Shown here piece after piece: positions 40,801 to 53,690 of a stretch of DNA of 64,000 nt. The notes under the pieces are model-generated. The model ran no database searches. It was not told the origin of the DNA and was given only the letters and a program-made list of their open reading frames with translations. Position numbers and translations under genes: made by a program. Position 1 is the stretch's first letter. Each line of letters opens with the position of its first letter. The stretch comes from Camelus ferus (lineage: Eukaryota), in the NCBI RefSeq assembly GCF_009834535.1, contig NC_045696.1:61196001-61260000 (forward strand), in the 5' to 3' direction.

Positions 40801-43440
40801 CTGACCTATACACTTTAAAATGATTAAAATAGTAAATTTTGTTGTGTATATTTTACCACAATTAAGGTAAATTTAAAAAACTGAATTCCATTAAAAATAC
40901 TACTTACTTCAAAAATGAAATACTTAACGATGTATCTGACAAAAGACAAAAGATCTGTATACTGTAAACTACAAAACACATGAAATTCTTAAAAATCTAA
41001 ATAAATACAGGGATACCCACTGTTCATGGGTCAGGATCAATATTGCTAAAATGTCAATTCTCTACAAATTGACCTCTAGATTCAGTGCAATCTCAATTAA
41101 AATCCCAGCAGGCTTTTTGGTAGAAATTACCGAATTGTTCTAAAATGTATATGGAAGTACAATGAATCTAGAATAACTACGGCCAATTTTGAAAAGGAAA
41201 AACAAAGTTCAAGATTTTTCCCTGATTTCAAGACTTACTATAAAATCTACAGTGATCAAGAGAGTATAGTCCTGAGATAAAGATAGAGAAGTCAGATCAA
41301 TAGAACAAAACATTCAGATTTAGGTCTACACACATACAACTGATTTTCAATAAAGGTACAAAGGCAATTCCATGAAGAAACAAGTCTATTCAAAAATTCT
41401 GCTGGATCTCCACATGCAAAAAACTGAACTTCAATTCATACCTTGCACCACATACTAACCCAAGAATTTGCCCAAAATAGATTGTAGACCTAAATGTAAA
41501 TCTCATAACTATAAAAGTTATAGGAGAAAGCCATCATGCTTTGGGTTAGGCAAAGAGTTCCTAAAAGCATAATCCATAAAACAAGTTGGTAAATTGGAGT
41601 TCATTAAAATTTCAAACTTCTGCTCTTGCCATTGTGGAAAACAGTACGGAGATTCCTCAAAGACTAGGAATTGACTTACCATATGACCTAGTAATCCCAC
41701 TCCTGGGAATATATCCAGAAGGAACCCTAATTCAAAAAGACACCAGCACCCCAATGTTCACAGCAGCATTATTTACAATAGCCAAGTCATGGAAACGGCC
41801 TAAATGTCCAACGGCAGATGACTGGATAAAGAAGTTGTGGTATATTTATACGATGGAAAACTATTCAGCCATAAAAAACTGACAACATAATGCCATTTGC
41901 AGCAACATGGATGTCCCTGGAGAATGTCATTCTAAGTGAAGTAAGCCAGAAAGAGAAAGAAAAGTACCATATGAGATCGCTTATACGTGGAATCAAGAAG
42001 AAGGAAGAAGGAGGAGGAAGGAGGAGGAAGGAGGAGGGAGAAGGGAGAAAGGAGGAGGGAGGAAGGAAGAAGGAAGAAGGCCACCAATGAACTTAAATAT
42101 AAAACAGAAACAGACTCATAGACATAGAATACAAACTTGTGGTTGCCAGGGGAGAGGTGGGTGGGAAGGGACAGACTTCCCAAAATTTATAGATACTGAC
42201 AGGTATATATAGAATAGATAAAGTTTATACCATATAGCACAGGGAAATACATACAAGATCTTGTGGTAGCTCACAGTGAAAAAGAATGTGAAAATGAATA
42301 TATGTATATTCATGTATGACTGAAAAATTGTGCTCTACACTGGAAATTGACACAACATTGTAAACTGACTATAACTCAATAAAATAAAAGAAAAAATAAA
42401 AAAATAAAATAAAACTTCTGCTCTTAAAAAGACACTGTTAAAAAAAATTAGAATGCAAGCCAGAGCCTGGAATAAAATATCTACAAGTCAAATATCCCAT
42501 AAAGGGCTTGTGTCCAGAGTATATAAAGAATTCTCAAAACTTAGTATGGAAAAAAAAAAAAACTTCACACAACTATAAAATGGGTAAACAAGTTGAATAG
42601 ACACATCACCAAAGACACACACACACATGGCAAAAAAAGCACAGGAAAAGATCAATAACATCAGTCATTAAAGAAATGCAAATCAAAACCAAAATGAGAT
42701 ATCATTACAGACCTATTAGAATGTCTCAATTTAAAGAGACTGATCATACCAAGTGTTGACAAAGTAGTGAACAAACTAGAACTTTCCTACACAGCTGGTG
42801 GGTATGTTACACGGTACAACCCTTTGGAAAACAGCCTGGCAGTTTGTTAAAAGTTAAATGTACACCCACCATACGATCCAACTATTTCAGTCCTAAGGAT
42901 TTACCCAAGAGAAATAAAAACATATGTCCATATAAAGACTTATGCAAATGTTCATAGTACTTTTACCTGTAATAAGCAAAAACTGAGAAAAACCTGTCAG
43001 GAGGTGAATGGATAAACAGACTGTGGTATACACATACAATGGAATACTTTTCAGCAATAAAAAGAAATGAGCAATTGATACACATGACAACATGGATGAC
43101 TATCAAAATAATTATGCTGAATGAAAAAAGCCAGGCAAAAAAAGAGCACATACTGTATGATTCGACTTAAATAAATTCTAGGTGATGTGAATTGATGTCA
43201 GTGACAGAGAGCCGATCATTGTTACCTGGGGAAGGGTGATGGCAAAGGAGGTGTGGGAAGGAGGGATTACAAACAGGCACAAAAAACTTTGAGGGGGTTG
43301 GGAATAATGGGTATGTTCATTACCTTGACTGATCTCGTTTCACAGGTATATGCATATGTTAAAACTTGTTAAATTATGTTTTAAATAGATTCCATTTACC
43401 ATATGTCATTATACTTTAATAAAGCTATTATTAAAAACAA
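37870..43440 (+). mobile_element. Old degraded L1M (5' region, ORF1/ORF2 remnants, 3'UTR) with nested insertions
   Basis: ORF1-like ELTQMLEL; ORF2-like aaggaagaagtaaaattgtctttattagcagatgacatg; AATAAA tail near 43420; nested older L1 3' end ~40410-40880. Confidence 0.85.
41628..42411 (+). mobile_element. Young 5'-truncated L1 nested in the older L1
   Basis: Perfect 14-bp TSD AAACTTCTGCTCTT (41614-41627; 42412-42425); ORF2 C-terminus IPLLGIYP...WIKKLWYIYTM; internal GAAGGAGGA tract ~41995-42080. Confidence 0.92.
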
Positions 43441-45365
43441 AAAGGCACTTCAGCTTCCAGAATAAAGCACAAGGCAGGGGGTAATCGTCAGCTTAGAGGC
43501 CAGAGGAAATGATCTTGGAGCACTGACCCCTCCTCCCTACCATCACAGCTCCTGGGATGGTGGGCACCGGATCGACAAAGAAGGGTCCAAGCCCTCTGCA
43601 CTCAGGACACTGAGTGGCGAAAAACATGCCCCACCACACAGACAAGGAAACTGAAGCCCAGAGACGTTATTCTGCCTCAAGAGGTTCACAGCTGATAACC
43701 TAGATCTGCCAAAGTCCTTCTCCCTCTCTTCGTCTACCACAGATTCAAGAGTCAACCTGAAACAGGGTGAAGATGTGTGCTTGGGTGTATGTGTTTAGAA
43801 CAGACAATTCTCTCTATTGAAGCCAGAGAGCCAGAACCAGTCTGGCCATCCCAGAAGCAGATGCCATGGATATAGCAGCTGAACTTCCGGTGCATGAGTT
43901 GGGTGGTAGGACGACAGGTAGGCGTGGGATGAAGAAGCTGACAGTCAAGTTTAGGTTTGCATGAGGACCAGGCTAACCGGCTTCTCCAGCACAATTCCAG
44001 CAGCTGCCTGCCTAGGAGGCCACCACCAACTCCCCCTGCCCCGACAGGAAAGGACTATCTCCACCCAGTCTGGTTGGGACAGGAGTCTGGGGGCCATCTG
44101 AATCAGAGCTACTCCCTTGGGCTGGGCAGAGATGGATCTCAGCTAAGGCACCCACCCCCACCTGAGGGCTAGAGAAACAAGAACTCAAGACAGTGCTAGG
44201 TAAGAGGTGAACAGCCCTAGGAGGATGAGGCCCACAAGTGGCCAGTCAAGCTCCTTGGGGCCAGGAATGAAAAGGCCTGGCACCCAGGCCACGAAGGAGT
44301 CAACAGGAGGCCAAATTTAGCCCCCATCCCTGCAAAGCCCCAACTCTAAGCTGGGCTGGGAGCTGGCCCTGACTGGTACAAAACCCATGATGCCACAGCT
44401 GCCCATCTGTCCACCTCCACAGGGTGGGGCTGAGGTCTGGGCCACAGAGGATACCCACAGACCATCAGTGCAGATAACCCCTCCTCTCCCACACTTTCAG
44501 GTTTGGGTCGTAAGAGCCCACATGGAGGCAGAAGTCCTCACCAGTAGCTCTCTGCTCTTCTGCCCACTATTCATCCTTGGCTCTGGGCCCTCAGGATTAA
44601 TCAAATGTGACAAGAAGGTGTGTCAGGCACGGGTCAGGCTCGTGCCCAAGTCACTGGCTGCCACACTTGCATCTCAGCTCACGTGGCCAACAGGGTTAAA
44701 AGATAAGGTCCTCTTAATATAATGCTGCCCCTTCCCTTTTTTGGAATGTATTTTGAGGACGTGCGGCAGCCTGTGCTGATTTCACCACCCCAGCTATGGC
44801 ACAGAGGCACCCCTATCTCCACCAGTAGATGGGTAGAGGGGTGACTACCTCCTCATCAACCTCAGCCTGGGGTTCCCCCCTCTTCCTTCTGCCCAGGCCT
44901 GGCAGCCACCCAGACAGTCTCACCACCAGTCTAGACTCTAAGGAAATGTCCCATCACTCCAGTTGGCACATACAGTACTGGGGGGAGGGGTCCTGCATTG
45001 CTGCTGAAAACTGCACCGCTTCCTCCTTCTCCAGGTTTAAACACAGGGAATGAACAAGGGCAGTTTGGAGACTACACTCTCCTGAGATAACTGCGGCCCC
45101 CTCCTTCCAAACACACCAATTTCTGCTGAGAACAGGACTGGCTTCCTTACCTGAGGCCTTCTGCTGCCTCTCTGCAGACACAGCTTTGGATGTTCCGGCT
45201 GAGGTTGCAAAAAAGGATCCAGCAAGACGCTTGCTTTCGGACAGTGGTTTCCAAAGCTCCCAGGTTCACGACGCTCTTCTGCTCCCCACTCCCCAAACCC
45301 CTACATCCTGCTTTCACCTCGGCCCTGCCCTAATCCTGATACTGAGCAGCCGACCTGGGGGTTAC

Positions 45366-46490
45366 CACCTCCTCCTCCGCCTGCGCCTCCGGATTCTGTG
45401 TCCCTCAGGGGGCCCCTCTCCCTCCGGAGACCCCTTCCCGTCCAGGTATGTTTCCTGGACAGCGCGCACCACCTGTCCTTCCTGCACCCCAGGCAGCCAA
45501 TTCGCTTCCTGCACCCCTAGGCGCCCCTCCCCCTCAGGCCCCCGGGGCCCCACTGGCCGGGCCCTCCCCACTACCTCGAGTCTCTTGCGACGTGCCGGGG
45601 CCTCTCCCAGAACCACCGCCTCCCTTCTGTGCCCGCAGCTCTCCCAGTACTGCTCCCCAGAACTTTCGGGCTCCTCTCTGCGCTCCCAGGAGCGGTCTCC
45701 GAACTCAGACAGTTGCTCGGGGTGCTGCAGCAGCCTGCGTGGGCTCCCCTCCCCCCGCTCCTGCACCCCGGCGAGGGCCTCTCCCCGCTCCTGCACTGCA
45801 GGGCTGGCTCCCCCCTTCTCCTGGTGCTGCTTGCGGGGCCCTAGCCCCTCCTCCTGCACCACAGGCCAGCCCGCAGAGCCCGTCCACGACGGCGGATGCC
45901 TCCAGTCCGCTCCGTCCGGCGGCCCCCACACTACCCCCAGGCTGGGCTCGTGGCCGCGACCGCCCCGCTCTTGCACCCCCGGGCCCACCTCCCCCTCCTC
46001 CTGCACCGCCGGACCCACGCCCCCCTGCTCCTCCACGCCGAGCTTCAGCCCGCGGAGCTGCTGCGGGCCCCAGCTGAGAACCCCGACCCGCTGCGGTTGC
46101 TGCTCCGGCAGCGCGGGGCTGAGTCCGCCCCGCTCCTCCTGCGCCCCTGGCCTAGGGCCCCCAGCTGGCACTGCCCAACGCACTCGCCTGCCCCCCAGAG
46201 GCCGCGCGGTCCCGCCCCTCCAGATGGTGCTGCCCTCCGCGCCCGCTCACACCGCCCCCCTCGCCTGGCTTCTTCCGTCCGGTCCCTCGGGGGAGGGGGC
46301 AGCGGGGTCGCGTCCCCTCCTGCTCCGCGCCCGCCCTCCCGTCCCGATCCCCACTCCCAGCCTTCGCTTCTGGGCGTGGACGTCCGCCCCCCCGGGCGCC
46401 GCGCCCTGCGCCGGCCCCCGCAGGTGCTGCGGCCCCGCGCGCCGGCCCGCGAGCCAGGAGCGCCGCCCTCCCGCCGGAGTTCCTGATGCC
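45366..46490 (-). other. TNK2: Probable TNK2 distal exon 1 (5'UTR); donor at 45366 (GTG|gtaacc) or 45369 (GAG|gtggta)
   Basis: Lies in a CpG island just downstream of promoter motifs; TNK2-register frame is closed by TGA at 45534-45536; TSS approximate. Confidence 0.6.
45453..46144. repeat. Degenerate 27-33-bp repeat with core TCCTGCAC
   Basis: Core or variants at 45453, 45480, 45507, 45759, 45789, 45819, 45852, 45969, 45999, 46029, 46059, 46137. Confidence 0.8.
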
Positions 46491-48904
46491 TGCCTGCGCC
46501 TGCGCCGCCCCAGTGGGGCGGAGCCCGGCAGCGTTGGGCCACCCCCTTAAGGGGCCAGGCCCCTCTCACTCCTCCCATTCCCCACTCCTTCAGTTCTCCT
46601 TCTGCCCACTTCGTCTCACCAGAGGCACCAATTGCGCCTTCCTGAGGAGCCAAAAGGAGGAGAGGTGAAGCAGAAGGTAGGGAGTTCACACTGAGTTGGT
46701 GTAGTCAACCGGGCCCAATGGAGGAGCACTGAAATAGGAGTCTCGAATGCTAAGCAGCAGTTCACCTGCTGCTGACTTACCATGTGATAACGTGAAAAAA
46801 AATCACTTCCTTCTGGCCTCAGTTGATTCGTTTCTAAAATGAGGAAGTTTGGAAAGTTTCCAAGGTACCAATCCAGTTAGTGTTTGACTGCAGAGAGAGA
46901 CTCTAGTCCTAATCTCTCAGCAGCAGCCCAGAGGCCTGTGAACCTGAGCTGCCTCTATCCTTTCTCTGGGGCCAAGGGAGAGAAGGGGGCACTTGAATAA
47001 AGGAGAGCTGGGCTCAGACCTGTGACACTTCCTGGTGGGAATACAGGCAGAAACAGTCCCAGGCAAAGGGGGCCTTCCTCCCTCCTGCACTTCTCCCTCT
47101 TGGGCCCTTACTCAGAAAGGAGGAGAAAATTGAGAGCTCCTTTTCCCAGTGACAGTGCAACCTGGATACCCAGATCCTAGTCCAACAGGAGGCAGTCTTT
47201 GGATATAGCTTAGCACCCAAAGGCTTAAGGTGCATTGGCCCTGTTACTGACTGTACTCGTCTATAAAATGGGTATAATAATAAAACAACTCTAGACACAA
47301 CTGTCCCAATGATCAGACATCAGAGAACTGTGTAAAGGATGATTGTATCTGCACTCCTATTTTCTAGCATTGAGCCCAAGGGCTCTGGCTTGAGGACAGT
47401 AGGGCAATGAGAAGGGGGTGTGTTCTAGATCACTGTGGGGGGAATGGACTGGATAGGTTTGGGTCATGGCATCCTTCCCTGTGAGGTGAGCAGGGCAACT
47501 TTCTACTAAATCGTTTGATAATTGTGTATAAAGGATGCCCTTTCCCATGGAGCCAGCGCCACTGAGCAGGAGGTTGAATGCACCCCACCTGGGCCAAGAG
47601 AGGGTCTAGGGCAGGCAGGACTCCACAGGTGATAGAACTGAGGCTCTACATGCTTAAGTAACAGCTGGTGGTAGTGAAGCCAAGATTCACATCCAGTTTT
47701 CTAACTCCACAGTCTGCTCTGAAGCACTAAGGCACAACAAATCAACACCAAAGCCAGAAGCTTTGGGAAACATCAGGTCTGACTAGATTTTTAGGATCAG
47801 TAGATGAAAACAACTGATTTGGAGCAAATTTCTCTGCTGGTAAATCAAGTTATAAATGAAACAAGGCAAGGGGTCAAATCACCCATCAGGACCAACCAGC
47901 ATGCAGCCCAATTCCCCATTCTTCCATCTGCCCTCCAGTTGCTCTCAAGAGCCAGACCCATGCCTCTGACATCGCTAGTACAGGGTTATCTGGAGCTTTA
48001 GGCTCACAGGAAAGAGGTCTCCTGCTCCCTTCTTCCATCCTGCCTAGTCCCAGCTCCTGGACTGTCCTCACCACCACACTGAGCACTGGGGCTGTGATGG
48101 GCATTGTCTCGGAGCCTGTCTCCTTCTCTGCAACTCTGGTACTAGTAGCTGGGGAGACTACTCTTCCCAAAGAGCGCTCACAGCATAATGGAAGAAATGA
48201 GATGCAGTCTTAAAAACACAAGGCTCAGGAGATTCAGGAGGTAGCTGTAGGGATAACCCCAACCCTCCAACGTGCCTGTGCCAGTCTTTTCCCAGATCTG
48301 GAATTTGAGGAGAGCTGCCCATAGCAGAGTGACTCTTCAGGGAGAAGGGCTTGTCAGGTCTAGTTCTAAGCAGAGGCGGCTCAAGCTGCTTGAGGGAGTC
48401 TTGGAGGCAGTGCCCTTAAGAATCTCCACTGTGAGATGCTTGTATGCAGGGTAAGCAGGAGGGCAAGGAAGGCAGTTATGGGTGGTGAAGGCAGCCTGGC
48501 TCATACCTGCAAGCGGGTGCTCAGCCAGGAGTGGTCAATGCTGCTGAGTGATTGCCCTGAAGGTTTTTGTTTGTTTGTTTTATAAATAGAGCGATGTTTT
48601 TTAAACTAGTTTGAACCTATTAGTGGGAGGTAAAATTGAATTAGTGGGTTTTAACTGGCTTTTTTTTAATGAAAGAGGACAATAATAGAATAGAAAATAT
48701 CAGAATATAAGGTTTTGAACTTTTCATTGCAATATAACATACAACCAGAGAAGAGCAAAGACTTGGGTATTTTACAAAACGATTATACCCAGCACCCAGC
48801 TCAAGAAACAGAATGTAACCAGCATCCGGAAGTCTCCCAAATGTAAGTTTTAAAAGAAAATGTATTAATCTTTGAGCATGCCTTTCATATTCATGATTTA
48901 CTTT

Positions 48905-49026
48905 CTTTTGGGGGGAAGGTAATTAGGTTAGTTTGTTTATTTTATTTTAATGGAGGTACTGGGGATTGAACCCAGGACCTCGTGCATGCTAAGCACATGC
49001 TCTACCCCTGAGCTATATCTTCCCCC
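48905..49026 (-). mobile_element. tRNA-derived SINE (Vic-1-like)
   Basis: A and B boxes; 14-bp TSD TC(A/G)TGATTTACTTT at 48891-48904 and 49027-49040. Confidence 0.88.
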
Positions 49027-49200
49027 TCGTGATTTACTTTTAACTTTCTGAGCAACCCCCCCCCCACACACAGAACGTAAACTCCACAATAACAGGGAGT
49101 TTTGTCCAGAAATAGACTGGCACAGGCACCTAGAACAATGCTGAGCACACAGTAGGTGCCAACAATATTTATTGAATGGATGAGAGTGCATCACAGGTAG

Positions 49201-49829
49201 TGTAACAGAGCAGGACCCTCTGCGGCCTTCCCCAGACAGACCCCCACCCATCATGTCCTCTGCCTGCCTCTTGTCTGTAGAAAAAACTTTAGCCTCCTAG
49301 GCCTTCCCCAAGTTCCAGAGAATAAATTTAATCAGAGAAGTAAGAAAATGCAGAAAGAACGGAAAACAGTCAAGTATGAGAAATGATAATAGTTTAGCCA
49401 TTAAACAAGGACACGGACCTTTAAAAGTTGCTCCTCAAGGGCTATAAATTGAGCCCTGTCCTTTGAGCTGTTTTGCAGATACTGAAACCCCCACCAAGTT
49501 GAAGTTAACTGTATGCTGCCCACACGCACATAGACCCCAAATGAGTTGAACCCAAAAGGTTGATGATGTTGACTCCCAATTACTTCACCAACCAATCGGA
49601 AGAGTCTCCGCAAACTGATCACACATTCCACAACCCCCCTCCCTCATCCTGCCTTTAAAAACCTTTCCCTGAAAGCCACTGGGGAGTTGAGGTCTTTTGA
49701 GCACTAGCTGCCTGGATTCCTTGTCTGGCGTGCTGCAGTAAACACTTCTCTTTCCTTCCTCACAACCCCGTGTCAGTAGCTTGGTTTTACTGCCCACGGG
49801 CCCATGCACCCAAGCTTGGTTCAGTGACA
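49201..49829 (+). mobile_element. Solo LTR, probably ERV1 class (629 bp)
   Basis: TGTAAC...GTGACA termini; 4-bp TSD gtag/atag; CCAAT, TTTAAAA and AGTAAA signals in order. Confidence 0.8.
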
Positions 49830-50019
49830 ATAGTAAAGGTATGGTTTTTGTGATATTTTTGTTTCATTGTATATACACATTCTACGTCTTGATGTAAAAT
49901 GTGTTCCTTTCGGTAGGCAAAACTTCTGAAGGCCAGTTCTCCAACTTGAGAAAGTTGTGGAGGCTGTGGTTTGGGCCAGGGAGGTGAGCATGGGTGAGGC
50001 AGGACAGTGTGCTGAGTAG

Positions 50020-50330
50020 ACCAGTGCTTCTCAAACGTCAGTGTGCCACTGAGTGACCTGGGCACCTCGTCGAAAGGCAGGTCCTGATTCAGCAAGTTGG
50101 GAAGGGGATGTTGAGAGTCTACATTTCAGTCAAGTTCCTCCACTTTGAGTAGCAAGGCCTTGAACTCAAAGATTCTCAATAATGCTGCGTTTAAGAATCC
50201 CATGGGAAGCTTTTAAAAACATTGCTGCCCAGGCCCCACCCCAGAACCATTAAATTGGAATCTCTAGGGTGGGGCTCAGCATCCGTAGGTTTTAAAAGTT
50301 TCCCAGGTGATTTCCACGTGCAACCAGAAA
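50020..50330. mobile_element. Two MER5A-like fragments
   Basis: ccagtgcttctcaaac...ccactttgagtagcaagg; aggccccaccccaga...tcccaggtgatt. Confidence 0.65.
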
Positions 50331-50811
50331 CGGTAAGTTCTGGTTCCCTCGAGTACCCGCAGTGCCTGAGCAGAGGTGGGAGGGAAGTGAGGTGTGGGGT
50401 CACACCTGGTATCTGAGCAAACGATCAGTTTGACAACAAGCATAAGATTTCTTAGGAATGGACCATTTGCCTCTTAGTGGAGGTGAAGGGAGGGATTTCT
50501 GAAGGAATTTTTAGGCATGGGGCTGTCTGCTAACTGAAGTCGCTTCCTCCCAGGACCAAGAACAGACCGTGCCTTCACCTTATCCAGCGAGTCAGAACTC
50601 CCCAGAGCTGGCCACGGGGCTGGGCTCACCTGCCCCCACACAGTTCAGACAGTTTCAAAACCTTCCTAGGGCATTGGCAGGAGGTGCTGCCAGCTGCTCC
50701 CCGGCGCCTACACCCTCTGCCCAGATAGAGAAAAGGTCAGAGGAGCCAAGAGATTACAAGCCCCGGATCAACGTGGGCTATTCAGGATGAAGAGCCTTAG
50801 TTCTGGGTTCT

Positions 50812-50829
50812 CACGCCCCCTGGTGGACA
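50812..50829 (-). promoter_or_regulatory. CTCF core motif TGTCCACCAGGGGGCGTG
   Basis: Near-perfect match to the CCACCAGGGGGCGC consensus; lies between TFRC and TNK2. Confidence 0.7.
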
Positions 50830-50877
50830 CCTAGAGTTGAAGTTGGAGACCAATGGACTACCAAATCCAGGTATTCT

Positions 50878-51320
50878 TTTTAATTTTTTATACAATTTTT
50901 AAAGGTTAATTTCCATTTACCGTTATTATGAAATATTGGCTATATTCCCCATGTTCTGCAAGATATCCTTGAGCCTATCTTACCTATACCCAATGGTTTG
51001 TACCACCCACTCTCCAACCCCTATGTTACCTTCTCTCCCCTCCCCTGTTCCCCAGTGGTAACCATTCGTTTACTCTCTGTATCTGTAAGTCGGCTTCTGT
51101 GTTTGCTTTACTCACTAGTTTGTTGTATTTTTGATTACACACTTAATTAATATCATACAATATTGGTCTTTCTCTGACTTATTTCACATAGCAAAATGCC
51201 CTCCAAGTCTATCAATGTTGCTGCAAGTGGCAAAATTTTGTCTTAATGGCTGAATAGTACTCCACTGTGTGTGTGTGTGTAATATTTACATCTTCTTTAT
51301 CCAGTCATCTGTTGATAGAA
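50878..51320 (-). mobile_element. L1 3' fragment
   Basis: Typical L1 3'UTR text (ggtaaccatt...ctctgtatctg...ggctgaatagtactccac). Confidence 0.75.
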
Positions 51321-51782
51321 GGTACAATTTTTTTTGGCCTCAGAAAATTTGTAATTTTTATTGTATAGTTGATTTACAATATTGTGTTCGTGTCTGGTGT
51401 ACAGCATAGTGATTCAGTTATACATATATATATTCTTTTTCATATTCTTTTCCATTATAGTATATCACAAGATAGTGAATATAGATCCCTGTGCTATACA
51501 GTAGGACTTTGTTGTTTATTTTATATATAGTAGTTTGTATCTGCTAATCTCAAACTCCTTATTTATCCCTCCCCCTCCTTCTCCTTTGGTAATCATATGT
51601 TTGTTTTCTATGTCTGTGAGTCTGTTTCTGCTTTGTAATTAATTTCATTTGTGTCATTTTTTAAGATTTCACATATGTGATATCATATGATATTTGACTT
51701 ATTTCACTTAGTATGATAATCTCTCTCTGTCCATCCATGTTGCTGCAAATGGCATTACCTCATTATGGCTGAGTAATATTCC

Positions 51783-51784
<2 letters not shown>

Positions 51785-51818
<34 letters not shown>
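51785..51818. repeat. (TG)17 microsatellite within L1 3'UTR
   Basis: Read directly. Confidence 0.9.
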
Positions 51819-51819
<1 letters not shown>

Positions 51820-53225
51820 ACGCACATGTGCACACACACACATCATCTTTATCCATTCATCTATTGATGGACATTAGGTTGCTTCCATGTCTTGACTATT
51901 GTAAATAGTGCTGCTGAAAACATTGGGGCACATGTATCTTTTTGAATTAGAGTTTTTGTCTTTTCTGATACATACCCAGGAGTGGGATTGTTGGATCATA
52001 TGATGACTTTATTTTTAGTTTTTTAAGGAACCTCTCTACTGTCCTCCATAGTGGCTGTACCAATTTCCATTCCCACCAACAGTGTAGGAGGGTTCCCTTT
52101 TCTCTACACCCTCTCCAGTATTTGTTATTTGTAGACTTTTTGATGATGGCCATTCTGACCATTGTGAAGAGATACCTCATTGCAGTTTTGAGTTGCATTT
52201 CTCTAATAGTGATGTTGAGCATCTTTTCATGTGCCTATTGGCCGTCTTCTTGGAGAAATGTCTGTTTAGGTCTTTGGTCCATTTTTTGATTGGGTTTGGT
52301 TTTTTTTTTATATTGAGCTGTGTAAACTGTTTTTATATTCTGGAAATTAATCCTTGTCAGTTGCATCATTTGCAAATATTTTTTCCCTTTCCATAAGTTG
52401 TCTTTTTGTTTGTTTATGGTTTCCTTTGCTGTGCAAAAGCTCTTAAGTTTAATGAGGTCCCATTTGTTTGTTCTTGTTTCCATTACTCTGGGAGAAAGAT
52501 CCAAAAAAATATTGCTGCAATTTATGTCAAAGAGTGTTCTGCCTATGTTTTCCTCGGGAATTTTGTAGTATCCAGTCTTATACTTAGGTCTTTCATTCAT
52601 TTTGAGTTTATTTTTGTATGTGGTGTTAGAGAATGTTCTAATTTCTTTCTTTTACATGTAGCTGTCCAGTTTTCCCAGCACCACTTACTGAAGAGACTGT
52701 CTTTTCTCCATTGTATATTCTTGTCTCCTTTGTCATAGATTAATCGACCATAAGTGCATAAGTTTATTTCTGGGCTTTCTATCCTTTTCCTTTGATCCAT
52801 GTGTCTGTTTTTGTGCCCGTATGATACTGTTTTGGTTACTGTAGCTTTGTAGTATAGTCTGCAGCCAGGGAGCAGATTCCTCCAGCATTGTTCTTCTTTC
52901 TCAAGATTGTTTTGGCTATTTAGGGTCTTTTGTGTTTCCATACAAATTTAAACATTTTTTGTTCCAGTTCTGTGAAAAATGTCACTGGTAATTTGATAGT
53001 GATTGCATTGAATCTGGATATTGCCTTAAGTAGTATGGCCATTTTAACAATATTGTTGCTTACAATCCAAGAACATAGTGTATCTTTCCATCCGTTCGTG
53101 ACATCTTCAGTTTCTTTCATCAGTGTCTTATAGTTTTCAGAGTACAGGTCTTTTGCCTCCGTAGGTAGGTTTATTCCTAGGGGTTTGTTTGTTTGTTTGG
53201 CTTCAGTGGTAAATGGAATTGTTTC

Positions 53226-53690
53226 TGTATGGTCAGGCCACTCATGATGGCTTTCTCTTGCTCTCTGTACATCCCTTGCTCAACCAGTGCCTGCTTCACC
53301 TGCACCCTGTTCACACAACTGGCCTTCCTACATACTTGGCCCAGACCCCAGCTAGTGATTGTTCTAACTTTAGATAAGAACTCTTCACTTCACTTATCAC
53401 AGTGGCAGTGAGGGGCATACCCCTCTGCTGGTATCCCTGGTAACCAATGAGCCAACCTGACATCAATTCTCCCTATAAATGCTGACCTCCCCTCACCCCA
53501 GGAGTAACGACTGCTGCTCTGTCATGCCCACTGCCATCTGCCACACACTGTGGGGTGTTGCTGTAGGACCTTACTTCAGATGTGTAAGATCCCCCTATCC
53601 ATTTAACTATTGACTTCTTTGTCACTGACTTCAGGCTATTTCTTCAGTCTTGAAGCTGGTCAAGTACAAGCCTGTAGGGTACAGCCCCAA
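53226..53690 (+). mobile_element. Solo LTR inserted in L1 ORF2
   Basis: ~465-bp non-L1 block starting TGTA and ending near CCCCA that interrupts ggaattgtttc|ccttgatttc; internal CCAAT and TATAAA; strand inferred from these motifs. Confidence 0.7.

Larger units (their letters stand above)
45350..46560. promoter_or_regulatory. TNK2: CpG island / main TNK2 promoter with NRF1-like TGCGCCTGCGCC (46495-46506) and GC box GGGGCGGAGC (46515-46524)
   Basis: Very high GC and CpG density; motifs read directly. Confidence 0.85.

Noticed and set aside
45186..46550. 454-aa plus-strand ORF with SCTP-like repeats, antisense to TNK2 exon 1
   Set aside because: TTG start, no early ATG, Pro/Ser/Arg low complexity typical of CpG islands; explained by the same repeat. 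Not excluded, but no positive support as a gene.
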